Below, piece by piece: positions 1 to 7,254 of a stretch of 14,709 nucleotides of DNA. The DNA is from a virus, in the UHGV virus genome UHGV-0109417; one strand, 5' to 3'. Under the pieces are notes generated by a model. It ran no database searches and was not told where the DNA came from. It worked only from the letters and a program-made list of their open reading frames with translations. Numbering within the stretch: the first letter of the stretch is position 1; each line of letters opens with the position of its first letter. The translations under genes and the position numbers were made by a program.

Positions 1-40
1 GTCATCGGGCATTATCTGAACATAAAACACTATCAATAAG

Positions 41-259
41 TTGGAGTCATTACCGTTTTTTGGCCCCTTCTATGGTGGCTATAATGTAATCAAACTGGAT
101 GATGAGTATAAGTATGCTCTTGTCAGTGGTCCGAACAGAGAATACCTATGGATTCTGGCAAGGACCCCAACTATTCCAGATAAAGTAAAAGCAGACTATG
201 TGCGAACCGCTCAAAAGTTGGGATTCAATGTCAATGAATTATTATGGGTTAAACAATAA
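41..259 (+). pseudogene. Blc-like bacterial lipocalin, C-terminal fragment of about 70 codons; the N-terminal ~100 codons are absent
   Basis: Translation (SLPFFGPFYGGYNVI...YLWILARTPTI...) matches the C-terminal third of lipocalin Blc from memory. In-frame stop at 23-25 and no lipocalin-like sequence in any frame of 1-40. First in-frame start is TTG with no SD. Confidence 0.55.
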
Positions 260-285
260 AATCCCTACCCGAAATAATACTTATT

Positions 286-314
286 AGAAAAAAACCAGCC
301 TTTGGGGAGGCTGG
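286..314 (-). terminator. Intrinsic terminator (tR'-like) downstream of Q
   Basis: Perfect 7-bp stem CCAGCCT/AGGCTGG (295-301/308-314) with 6-nt loop, followed on the minus strand by a 7-8 nt T-run. Confidence 0.6.
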
Positions 315-414
315 CTAAATCAGGAAACAAGCTGTTATATGATAATAACTACGTTGCGATTCCAACATTTAAAATGTTAGACTAATGACAATCAGACAGC
401 AACTTTTCCTTTAA
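315..414 (-). promoter_or_regulatory. Putative Q-dependent late promoter (PR'/qut-like) region
   Basis: About 100-bp AT-rich spacer between the Q stop and the tR'-like terminator, with sigma70-like hexamers on the minus strand; position matches lambda PR'-qut-tR'. Exact hexamers not resolved. Confidence 0.4.
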
Positions 415-792
415 TTATTTCGAACAATCAGCATCCATCTCCAATCGGAGAACCAACACCATCAGCATACCCTCCACTACGCCCTCAGCTTTCTGAAGCA
501 TCCTGCCAACCCAACAATCAGATCGCCCATGCTTACGTGCAAGCGCCATAAAAGTCATGCCGCCGACATAATAGTCCACCAATAAATCATGCAAATCGCT
601 GTTGTTCTTTTTCAGACGGGCCATGCACCCGCAAATGATCATCGCGTCATCGTCACAACATTGTGGGCGAGATTTTACTTTTGAAGGAATTAATCCCTTA
701 AAACCGGCGGCAATGGACGACCAGGTCACATCTTCATGATTATTAGCCGCCCACGCTCCCCAACGCTCAAGAACCATCTGAATATCACGCAT
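415..792 (-). CDS. Q: Late-gene antiterminator Q (short DLP12 QuuD-type)
   Basis: ORF reads [24 protein letters not shown]..., recognised as the QuuD/Q antiterminator family. ATG at 792 is preceded by GGAG; the track's start at 807 is TTG. Lies downstream of the nin region as in lambdoid phages. Confidence 0.85.
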   Translation of the reverse strand: MRDIQMVLERWGAWAANNHEDVTWSSIAAGFKGLIPSKVKSRPQCCDDDAMIICGCMARLKKNNSDLHDLLVDYYVGGMTFMALARKHGRSDCWVGRMLQKAEGVVEGMLMVLVLRLEMDADCSK

Positions 793-859
793 CAACTTAC
801 TCCACAAAACTCAGACCAGAACGCCAATTACAAGCAAAAATCAACAAAACAGTATTAGT

Positions 860-1000
860 TGATTGTTATCTCTGACTTCATACTCCTGCTCCTGTCAGTG
901 TTTTGGCGTAATTCTTCAGTATTCGGTAATCGGTCAAAACAGAACCGGGGAAACGATATAAGCGCAGACGCCCCCAGCGGTGGCGAAGAAGTTCTGCCAT
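860..1000 (-). CDS. ylcG: Small protein YlcG-like (46 aa)
   Basis: Hand translation of the minus strand from ATG at 1000 gives MAELLRHRWGRLRLYRFPGSVLTDYRILKNYAKTLTGAGV..., 46 aa. It sits between rusA and Q as ylcG does in DLP12. Below the ORF-track size cutoff. Confidence 0.5.
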
Positions 1001-1014
1001 ATTAAACTCAAACA

Positions 1015-1377
1015 TCATTCATTCCCCATTTCGGTGATGGTCAGTTCCAGCCTCCCACCTTTGGTAACAGGCATCTTCACAACGCGGTAATCAACGACCT
1101 GAGCATCATCCAGCCAGAAACCTGCTTTAGTGAGTGCGTCAAAAGCGGCTTTTTGCAGATTATCCAGGTCACGGCGACGGCGATCCGGCATGTGGCACTC
1201 AATGCGGATTTTCACAGGCATAGCCAGACCGATATCCAGCATTGCGTTTTTAATGATTCGGGCGACGTTATCGCGGTATGCCTGCCCCTCTGCGCTGATG
1301 TGCGTGCGTCCGCGATTATGGCGGTAATAGCGATTATTGCTCGGAGGCCAGGGTAATGTGATGCTGTAGGTATTCAC
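1015..1377 (-). CDS. rusA: Holliday-junction resolvase RusA
   Basis: 120-aa [29 protein letters not shown]... matches RusA essentially end to end from memory. GTG start overlaps the ybcO stop (GTGA). Confidence 0.9.
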   Translation of the reverse strand: MNTYSITLPWPPSNNRYYRHNRGRTHISAEGQAYRDNVARIIKNAMLDIGLAMPVKIRIECHMPDRRRRDLDNLQKAAFDALTKAGFWLDDAQVVDYRVVKMPVTKGGRLELTITEMGNE

Positions 1378-1664
1378 GCCTTAATAACCCCCTCTTTCAG
1401 CCAGATAACCTGTGTTCTCGCCATACCTTCCAGCGCGCATTCTTTTGCATATGCAGCATCGACAAAATGTGTGCGGCGGTCGATTTCGTCGTGGCAGGCA
1501 GAACATGCAATGGTGGCAATCAGGTCTGGCGGTTTGATACCGGTACCGCACAATCCAGCCAGCCGGATATGTGCCAGTACAGACGTCTCAGAATTGCCAT
1601 TACATACGCCAGGGATTCTTACCTGGCATTCCCGACCACGCGCTGCTTTTCTCAAATCAGCCAT
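1374..1664 (-). CDS. ybcO: YbcO-family (DUF1364) putative nuclease
   Basis: [23 protein letters not shown]... with conserved Cys/His cluster. ATG at 1664 is preceded by AAGGAGG; the longer track ORF from 1703 has no better start. Overlaps ninE stop and rusA start. Confidence 0.8.
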   Translation of the reverse strand: MADLRKAARGRECQVRIPGVCNGNSETSVLAHIRLAGLCGTGIKPPDLIATIACSACHDEIDRRTHFVDAAYAKECALEGMARTQVIWLKEGVIKA

Positions 1665-1827
1665 GATTCCTCCTTGCTGCCAGTCGCAACCATTTTTTAT
1701 CAACCAGGCTAGCGGTATATCCGAGCAGTGTTGGTATTTCGGATGGCTTCAGCTCAGGCTTACGCTTACGACGATTTGATACTCTGTAGATGTGTCCGTT
1801 CATGACACGAATAAGCGGTGTAGCCAT
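1657..1827 (-). CDS. ninE: NinE-like protein (56 aa)
   Basis: Hand translation [56 protein letters not shown]. Start ATG overlaps the ybcN stop (TAATG) and the stop overlaps the ybcO start. Resembles NinE in the YTA.L...WLR motif. Not in the ORF track. Confidence 0.65.
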   Translation of the reverse strand: MATPLIRVMNGHIYRVSNRRKRKPELKPSEIPTLLGYTASLVDKKWLRLAARRNHG

Positions 1828-2282
1828 TACGCCTCCTGCTTGTCGCGGAGCAGCTGGAACTCGCAGCTCTGCGGAATAGTCAGGTGGCAGCCAATATTCA
1901 TCGCCCAGGCTTCAACCTTACACAGGAAGACATACATCTCTCCGGTATCAAGATTGGAGGTATGACGTAATGACTGAATGGTGGTGATTTCACCGGTTAC
2001 GACATCAACCAGTTCTTTGGTTTCATAACCGAGATAAGTGTGTTTGAGAGCATCTTTTACCCAAGCTGGAGTGGCGAACGTTTTACCCCTGCTGATGAGG
2101 TATTCACTGATTTCGCTGTACCACATGTGGCTGAGTGCATTCTGGGAAAGACTGCGTCTCTCGCGCCACGGTTTAAGCACCATGCGAAAGCATTTGCCGT
2201 CCTCCAGATAAGGCTGGATCTGCCGACCGATAGCGGTGAAGTTACCGCGATGCAATTTGATACCATCTTGTGGGAGGTTCAC
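1827..2282 (-). CDS. ybcN: YbcN-type (NinB-position) recombination/base-flipping protein
   Basis: 151-aa [24 protein letters not shown]... recognised as DLP12 YbcN-like. GTG start is preceded by GGAGG with a 6-nt spacer. Confidence 0.75.
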   Translation of the reverse strand: MNLPQDGIKLHRGNFTAIGRQIQPYLEDGKCFRMVLKPWRERRSLSQNALSHMWYSEISEYLISRGKTFATPAWVKDALKHTYLGYETKELVDVVTGEITTIQSLRHTSNLDTGEMYVFLCKVEAWAMNIGCHLTIPQSCEFQLLRDKQEA

Positions 2283-2488
2283 GCTTCACCTCCGCAGAGA
2301 TCAAACGCTGGATGCAAAATATCGCAGGTGCATTTCTGCATCTGTGAATGGAGAAGAGAGGTTGGATTGTATGTGCGCATAAACGTCCCCGTTTAGCGCA
2401 GAAGTCACCGAAGTTGTTCAGGCTCCGATTACTTAATTATGGCAAGTTGATTATCGCAAATCAAAGGTTTTAATTGTGCTTTATTCTT

Positions 2489-2689
2489 TCAAGCGTTTCC
2501 TTCATACCAAAGCCTATAAAGTTTTTCTTCTTCGTTTGGGTTAATAGGCTCACCATGTTTTAATTTTTCAGTGTACAAAATTGTTGAACAAATCGCGGAA
2601 GTTAATCCAGTGATCGCCATCTGCCGCAGATCGGATTTTTGTGTCCCCCTCAACAGACGATCTCCCATCCATGTAATAATTGTATCCAT
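2489..2689 (-). CDS. Hypothetical small protein (66 aa), first gene of the moron
   Basis: ORF with ATG at 2689 preceded by AAGAAGGG. AT-rich compared with the flanking phage genes. No homology recognised. Confidence 0.4.
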   Translation of the reverse strand: MDTIITWMGDRLLRGTQKSDLRQMAITGLTSAICSTILYTEKLKHGEPINPNEEEKLYRLWYEGNA

Positions 2690-3275
2690 GCTTCAGCCCT
2701 TCTTAGTAAATAGTGTGTAGGGCGACTGAAGGACCGAGTTTATGCTTTTTCGCATTGCTTTCAGTTAGTAGACCGGTATAGCACCGGAAACAATCCTACG
2801 GCAAATTGGTTGTCTGACCTCTCGGTTTTTCGTGCATTAACCGATACCCACTACAGTCTCGGCGAAAGCTGCACACCCCCAAGGTGTACTGGTAGCACTC
2901 GGCACAGCCTAGCGCGCCACTTTCTTCTCACTATCCAGTCTAATTTTATCCCCTAGTCAGACACTCAGATGTAGTGCTCAGCAGCGGCATGCGGGGGAAT
3001 ACAAAAACTCGGACAAAATTGGGCCCTCCTTTTTGAATCACTCGCGGGGATGTAGTTATTAATACATGGGAAAAGATCTGTTTTCAAATCCAACATTATA
3101 TGGTTTCAATACCACGGGGTGGCTATGTGTTTCTCATTATTATTTACAATCTACTGTAATCGCTCCGAACGCAAATGCGTCAATACTCGAATCAACTGAT
3201 CATCCTGCCACGACTGAAATCTCAAATAGGCCGTTTCTCAAGTAAGAGATTTTGAATGCATTATTGGCTACTGAA
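2690..3275. other. About 590-bp non-coding stretch inside the moron; candidate ncRNA or regulatory region
   Basis: No ORF of 60 aa or more on either strand, and hand scanning of the minus strand found only peptides of 14 aa or fewer. Bounded by the terminator at 3276-3300. Contains a plus-strand sigma70-like promoter (TTGAAT-18-TATTAA near 3036-3065). Confidence 0.3.
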
Positions 3276-3300
3276 ATAAAAAACCCAGCGCAAACTGGGT
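3276..3300 (-). terminator. Intrinsic terminator after the secreted-protein gene
   Basis: Stem ACCCAG/CTGGGT (3283-3288/3295-3300) with loop CGCAAA, followed on the minus strand by TTTTTATTT. A T-run on the plus side lies 10 nt away, so it is possibly bidirectional. Confidence 0.65.
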
Positions 3301-3318
3301 TCATATGAAATTTTTTTG

Positions 3319-3813
3319 TCATTTCCAATTGCAAGACTGTGAAATTTTTTCCACAACCTTATCAATCTCAGACAAGTCAAACTCAACTACTTGCATAGTT
3401 GATCCATAAGGTTCAAACCCAAAAATAGCTTTTTTATGCTTAGCCAAGGTCTTTATAAATTGTATTGGTTGTGGAGCAAATGCAGAATCACCGCCTTCCC
3501 CACCTCCCCAAACACTCTTGACCGGCTTTCCGCCATCTAACCGCACTGTAATTCTTGGGTTGTCCGAACCCATATAATCATTGAATGATAAATAGGCATC
3601 TGTTTTGTTATCACTACAACGCAACACCAGTGAAGTTGCACGATCAGTACCTGCTTTGTTATATGAATCTGGTGATAAATTAAGAGCCACAAAGTCAGTC
3701 TGGTCAGTCATTTTATTTATCTCAGACTTTGTTATCCACGGCCCTAACTTCTCTACACCAGCATTTGCTGTAAACGAGGCACTTATAACAAAGGCTAAAA
3801 TAAATTTTCTCAT
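3319..3813 (-). CDS. Secreted/periplasmic protein of unknown function (164 aa, Sec signal peptide, two Cys)
   Basis: N-terminus MRKFILAFVISASFTANA-GVEK is a typical signal peptide with an AXA cleavage site. AAGGAG RBS 8 nt upstream of the ATG. AT-rich. Own terminator. Confidence 0.75.
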   Translation of the reverse strand: MRKFILAFVISASFTANAGVEKLGPWITKSEINKMTDQTDFVALNLSPDSYNKAGTDRATSLVLRCSDNKTDAYLSFNDYMGSDNPRITVRLDGGKPVKSVWGGGEGGDSAFAPQPIQFIKTLAKHKKAIFGFEPYGSTMQVVEFDLSEIDKVVEKISQSCNWK

Positions 3814-3959
3814 AACCCTATCTCCTTGGATTCAAAGAACTAAATATTATCAAGTCTCTTGCCACTAGAAAACCCACTTTATTTCCAAACTCTGATGGCA
3901 TTCCTGAAAATCCGCTTCATACTCACTTGCCCCGCCCTATCATCCTGAGTAGCTAACCG

Positions 3960-4133
3960 TTAAACAAACGTTCGCCAGACCTTACCATCAATGACCAGGA
4001 TTCCTGCCCGCGTCATTTTTGCCGCAGCCTTATTTATGCTGGTTAATGTCACACCTGTTGTCGCAGCAACGTCCGGCGCACAGAAGCTCTTGTGCGTCTC
4101 CAGATAATGAATAATTGCCTCTTTGCCCGTCAT
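3960..4133 (-). pseudogene. ren: Truncated ren (57 codons; lambda Ren is about 96 aa)
   Basis: Hand translation MTGKEAIIHYLETHKSFCAPDVAATTGVTLTSINKAAAKMTRAGILVIDGKVWRTFV* matches the N-terminal half of lambda Ren, then diverges and stops. ATGA overlap with the P stop. Confidence 0.65.
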
Positions 4134-4831
4134 ACAGTTGCTCCTTTCAGTCCGAACTTCGCTTTGATTTCTGCGATCTTCGCCAGAGCCTGAGCCCGGT
4201 TAAGTGGTCTACCGCCCATGACAGGAAGTTGTTTTACTGGTTCAGGTATAGCCTCACCACGGTTAATTCGTGCGGTCATACAGGACAGTTCATCGGCAGC
4301 CTTGCGCCGTAATTCCGCGTCAGTCAACGCATTGGCCCGCATGTTCTGATACAGGTTGGTAACCAGCCAGTAGTGCGCGTTTGATTTCCACGGATAAGAC
4401 TCTGCATCCGGATACAGCCCGCGCTTCCGGCAATACTCGTAAACCATATCAACCAGCTCGCTGGCGTTTGGCAGCCCGGCGGTAACGGATGCTTCTTCCC
4501 GGCACCAGGCGACAAACTGCCCGGGTGATGGCAGGAATGGTCGATTCTGCCGACGGGCTACGCGCATTCCAGCGTTAACCTGTTCCATTGTGGTGATCCC
4601 GTTTTCCCGAAAAGCCAGCACCCACTGGCGGCGGATTTCGTTCAGTTCATTCTGGTCACGGTTAGCCAGGCTCGCCGGGAAAGTTGCCAGTAACTGGCTG
4701 AACACACCGTTGATGATCTGCGCTACCTGCTGTACCTGCGGCTTTTCGTCGTACTGTTCCGGCATGTTGTTGGCGATCCGACGCATCTGCTCACGGTCAA
4801 AGTTAACCATCTGTGCGGCGATGTTTTTCAT
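4130..4831 (-). CDS. P: Replication protein P (DnaB helicase loader), near-identical to lambda P
   Basis: 233-aa ORF MKNIAAQMVNFDREQMRRIANNMPEQYDEK... matches lambda P along its whole length from memory. Confidence 0.92.
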   Translation of the reverse strand: MKNIAAQMVNFDREQMRRIANNMPEQYDEKPQVQQVAQIINGVFSQLLATFPASLANRDQNELNEIRRQWVLAFRENGITTMEQVNAGMRVARRQNRPFLPSPGQFVAWCREEASVTAGLPNASELVDMVYEYCRKRGLYPDAESYPWKSNAHYWLVTNLYQNMRANALTDAELRRKAADELSCMTARINRGEAIPEPVKQLPVMGGRPLNRAQALAKIAEIKAKFGLKGATV

Positions 4832-5757
4832 AAATCCACCCCGTAAATCCAGTCAGTGTTTGTCAGGTCGAGTTTTGGTTTGCTGGCTATCATGCCTGCC
4901 TGTTGCTTGTTACGGTTGATTTCGAGTTGGGTCCACTTGTCGCGGAGTTTGGCCGGACTTAGCACGTTACCGGACCAGAAGTTGTCCTGGCATGCCCAGC
5001 GGAAAAGCACGCACATGTCGCGGTGGTTACGTCCGTCACGTTCACGCATCAGGCGGATATCGTTAGCCCACCCTGCAAAATTCGGTTTTCTGGCTGATGG
5101 TGCGATGGTCTTCACCATGTCAAACATCCACTCTGCGGCGGTCAGGTCTTCTGCTGTCCCCCACTTGCTGCCGCTCTGAATTGCAGCATCTGGTTTCACC
5201 ACAGGAAGATCGTTTTCTGGTTGGTCAGAGGATTCGCCAGAATTCTCGGACGAAAAAGGTTTTATATTGTCTTTTGTTAGTTTGTCTTTTGTGTTTACCT
5301 GATTCGGGTAAACGCCTTTACCTGATTTGGGTAAACTTTTCTTACCTGATTCAGGTAAATTTACCTCTTTCAGGTAAACTTTATTTTCGTTACCTGATTT
5401 GGGTAATTTCACCCATTCGCTGACCGCTTTGTTAATCCCCACAGTTCTCCCGATTTGGGTAAATACCCCGCGCTTAACTAACGCGCTTTTAGCAGCAGAG
5501 CATTTGTGTGGGAGGATGCCGGTCAGGGCAGATAACTGATCATTGCTTACCCAGTCTGCCTTTTTGTTGAAACCGTATGTTTTGCGCATTACTGCCATGA
5601 AGACCAGCAGCTGATGCTGAGACAATCCAGCCAGCATGACAGCCTCCAGAAGTTCATTGGCGATGCGCGTATAGCCATCATCAAGATCTGCCACGCGCGG
5701 CTCCTTAGGTGCCACGTCAGGCACAGGGAAATTGATTACTTCGGCAGTGTTTGCCAT
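4828..5757 (-). CDS. O: Replication initiator O (lambda-type C-terminal domain, divergent N-terminal iteron-binding domain)
   Basis: 309-aa ORF. The C-terminal ~130 aa (...TAAEWMFDMVKTIAPSARKPNFAGWANDIRLMRER...DWIYGVDL) match lambda O; the N-terminal domain is related but divergent. Iterons lie inside the gene. AGGAG RBS. Confidence 0.9.
   Translation of the reverse strand: MANTAEVINFPVPDVAPKEPRVADLDDGYTRIANELLEAVMLAGLSQHQLLVFMAVMRKTYGFNKKADWVSNDQLSALTGILPHKCSAAKSALVKRGVFTQIGRTVGINKAVSEWVKLPKSGNENKVYLKEVNLPESGKKSLPKSGKGVYPNQVNTKDKLTKDNIKPFSSENSGESSDQPENDLPVVKPDAAIQSGSKWGTAEDLTAAEWMFDMVKTIAPSARKPNFAGWANDIRLMRERDGRNHRDMCVLFRWACQDNFWSGNVLSPAKLRDKWTQLEINRNKQQAGMIASKPKLDLTNTDWIYGVDL
5253..5407. 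repeat. Replication origin: five 18-bp iterons plus adjacent AT-rich region
   Basis: Iterons TTACCTGATTCGGGTAAA (5295), TTACCTGATTTGGGTAAA (5318), TTACCTGATTCAGGTAAA (5342), TTACCTCTTTCAGGTAAA (5361) and TTACCTGATTTGGGTAAT (5390), each internally palindromic. AT-rich run at 5253-5293. Same layout as lambda ori inside O. Confidence 0.8.
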
Positions 5758-5828
5758 AATTGCTCCTGTGAATTGATCCAGTTAATTCCACCTGAAAGCC
5801 GTTGGTGTTCCAGCACCGCGGCTTTTGC
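5732..5828 (+). ncRNA. oop-like antisense RNA: Po-like promoter plus about 60-nt transcript ending at an intrinsic terminator
   Basis: Plus-strand promoter TTGATT (5732-5737), 17-bp spacer, CATAAT (5755-5760). Downstream hairpin AAAGCCG...CGGCTTT (5795-5825) followed by TTTTGCCCTTT on the plus strand. The position antisense to the cII-O junction is that of lambda oop. Confidence 0.5.
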
Positions 5829-5839
5829 CCTTTCTGCGT

Positions 5840-6061
5840 TCATGCTTCAAAATCTCCCTTCACTCCATCCCTGCTAGAAATCAGGATGGCGAGCAGCAGC
5901 GACATGTTCGGCACCAGGTTCTCCCGCCACCGGCTTACGGTTGATTTGTTCACGCCAGCTACTTCGGCGATCCTGGTTGTCCCAAGATCTGCGATTTGCC
6001 GCTGCACCCAGCTCTCAATTCGTCGTGCCTCCGCTTTGTTGCGTGTCGTTAAGGTCTCCAT
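5840..6061 (-). CDS. cII: CII-like transcriptional activator
   Basis: 73-aa ORF with HTH GTTRIAEVAGVNKSTVSRW and ...SLLLAIL..., resembling lambda CII. GAGGAA RBS. Sits between cro and O. Confidence 0.75.
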   Translation of the reverse strand: METLTTRNKAEARRIESWVQRQIADLGTTRIAEVAGVNKSTVSRWRENLVPNMSLLLAILISSRDGVKGDFEA

Positions 6062-6093
6062 TTGCGATAATTCCTCTGATTTAATTGGTTATG

Positions 6094-6110
6094 GCCGCCG
6101 GTCAGGCGGC
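6094..6110 (-). terminator. tR1-like hairpin between cro and cII
   Basis: Perfect 6-bp GC stem GCCGCC/GGCGGC with 5-nt loop overlapping the cro stop. No U-tract, so possibly a rho-dependent or attenuating site. Confidence 0.3.
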
Positions 6111-6347
6111 ATGTGAATCTTGTTTAATTCGGTCAGGGTTAGCTGCTTGACGGAGCCATTCAGCCGTAAACTGCCCATTTGATGCGTCAGCCAAAAGCTG
6201 CGAATAGTTGGTTTTCTCTGTGTACTCAGTACGAGGCAGCGCCGCGTTCTTCACCCACTTGTGAATAGCAACGTTCGATAGGCCACACAGGCGAGCAGCA
6301 GCGGTTTGACCGCCTACAGCTTCGATTGCAAATTGCATTGGGTTCAT
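6102..6347 (-). CDS. cro: Cro-like repressor (Cro/YdaS-type HTH)
   Basis: 81-aa ORF with motif AIEAVGGQTAAARLCGLSNVAIHKW. Divergent from cI across the operator region. Confidence 0.75.
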   Translation of the reverse strand: MNPMQFAIEAVGGQTAAARLCGLSNVAIHKWVKNAALPRTEYTEKTNYSQLLADASNGQFTAEWLRQAANPDRIKQDSHAA

Positions 6348-6431
6348 AGTGTTTTCCGTTAACTATATTAACTACGAGTTAAGGTTATATCTTAACTGAC
6401 AGTTATGTCAACTCTAATTGATAATTAACGA
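6348..6431. promoter_or_regulatory. OR operator / PR-PRM divergent promoter region
   Basis: 84-bp region between divergent cro and cI. Contains the perfect inverted repeat AGTTAAG-N7-CTTAACT (6377-6397) and further TTAAC-containing half-sites. Confidence 0.7.
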
Positions 6432-7208
6432 ATGGTTAAAAAAGACGATTTAAAAGAAGAATTCTCGAAAAGACTTCGCGCTGCATTGCTTGATGCTGGC
6501 GTTGGTGGTCGTGGGCAGGCTGGTAGGATCAGAGAGGCTATGAAGTCCCAAGGAATTACTGTATCTGAGCCCGGGATCTGGAAATGGCTTAACGCATCAG
6601 CGATACCAGACCAAACCAATATCCTTGCCCTTAGCCGCTGGCTTGGGGTACGGCCTGAGTGGCTTGAATACGGAAGGAATGATCCCGAACCTGAACTGCG
6701 TAGGGAGTCATCTATCCCTCCAGAATCTGAATGGGGAACTGTTGACGCCTGGGATAAAAACACACCGCTTCCTGCTGACGAGGTTGAAGTGCCGTTTCTT
6801 AAGGATATTGAATTTGCGTGTGGCGATGGACGCGTACACAGCGAAGATCACAATGGTTTTAAGCTCAGGTTCTCAAAGGCAACCCTCCGCCGCGTTGGAG
6901 CTAACACAGATGGGTCTGGCATCCTGTGTTTCCCTGCTACTGGCGACAGCATGGAACCTGTGATACCGGATGGTACGACTGTAGCCGTCGATACGAACAA
7001 CAAACGCATAGTTGATGGGAAACTGTATGCCATTGGTCAGACAGATGGCGGGAATGGTCAACTCAAGCGCATTAAACAGCTGTATCGTAAGCCAGGTGGG
7101 AAGCTGATCATCCGCAGCTACAACAATGAGGCCTACCCTGATGAAGAAGCTGACATTGATGATGTTGAGATAATCGGCCGCCTCTTCTGGTACTCGGTAT
7201 TGCTGTAG
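6432..7208 (+). CDS. cI: CI repressor (N-terminal HTH, C-terminal S24 LexA-like autopeptidase)
   Basis: 258-aa ORF with G-D-S-M serine motif and downstream Lys (KRIK) typical of S24 peptidases. Divergent from cro. Confidence 0.9.
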   Translation: MVKKDDLKEEFSKRLRAALLDAGVGGRGQAGRIREAMKSQGITVSEPGIWKWLNASAIPDQTNILALSRWLGVRPEWLEYGRNDPEPELRRESSIPPESEWGTVDAWDKNTPLPADEVEVPFLKDIEFACGDGRVHSEDHNGFKLRFSKATLRRVGANTDGSGILCFPATGDSMEPVIPDGTTVAVDTNNKRIVDGKLYAIGQTDGGNGQLKRIKQLYRKPGGKLIIRSYNNEAYPDEEADIDDVEIIGRLFWYSVLL

Positions 7209-7254
7209 CGGTGGCCTGATGAGACGTTTTGGTGAAAGCATATAAGGACTGGTG

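Noticed and set aside
1130-1356. Plus-strand ORFs 1130-1327 and 1153-1356
   Set aside because: Antisense to the confidently identified rusA. Cys/Arg/Ser-rich compositions typical of shadow ORFs, with no RBS.
3078-3094. tRNA T-loop-like motif TTCAAATCC
   Set aside because: The flanking bases cannot form a T-stem and there is no acceptor or anticodon arm, so this is a chance match.
4856-5423. Plus-strand ORFs 4856-5179 and 5097-5423, and the tandem repeats inside them as a possible CRISPR array
   Set aside because: Antisense to O. The repeats are 18-bp palindromic iterons with irregular 19-29 bp spacing and an adjacent AT-rich tract, which is an origin and not a CRISPR repeat-spacer array. 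No cas genes.
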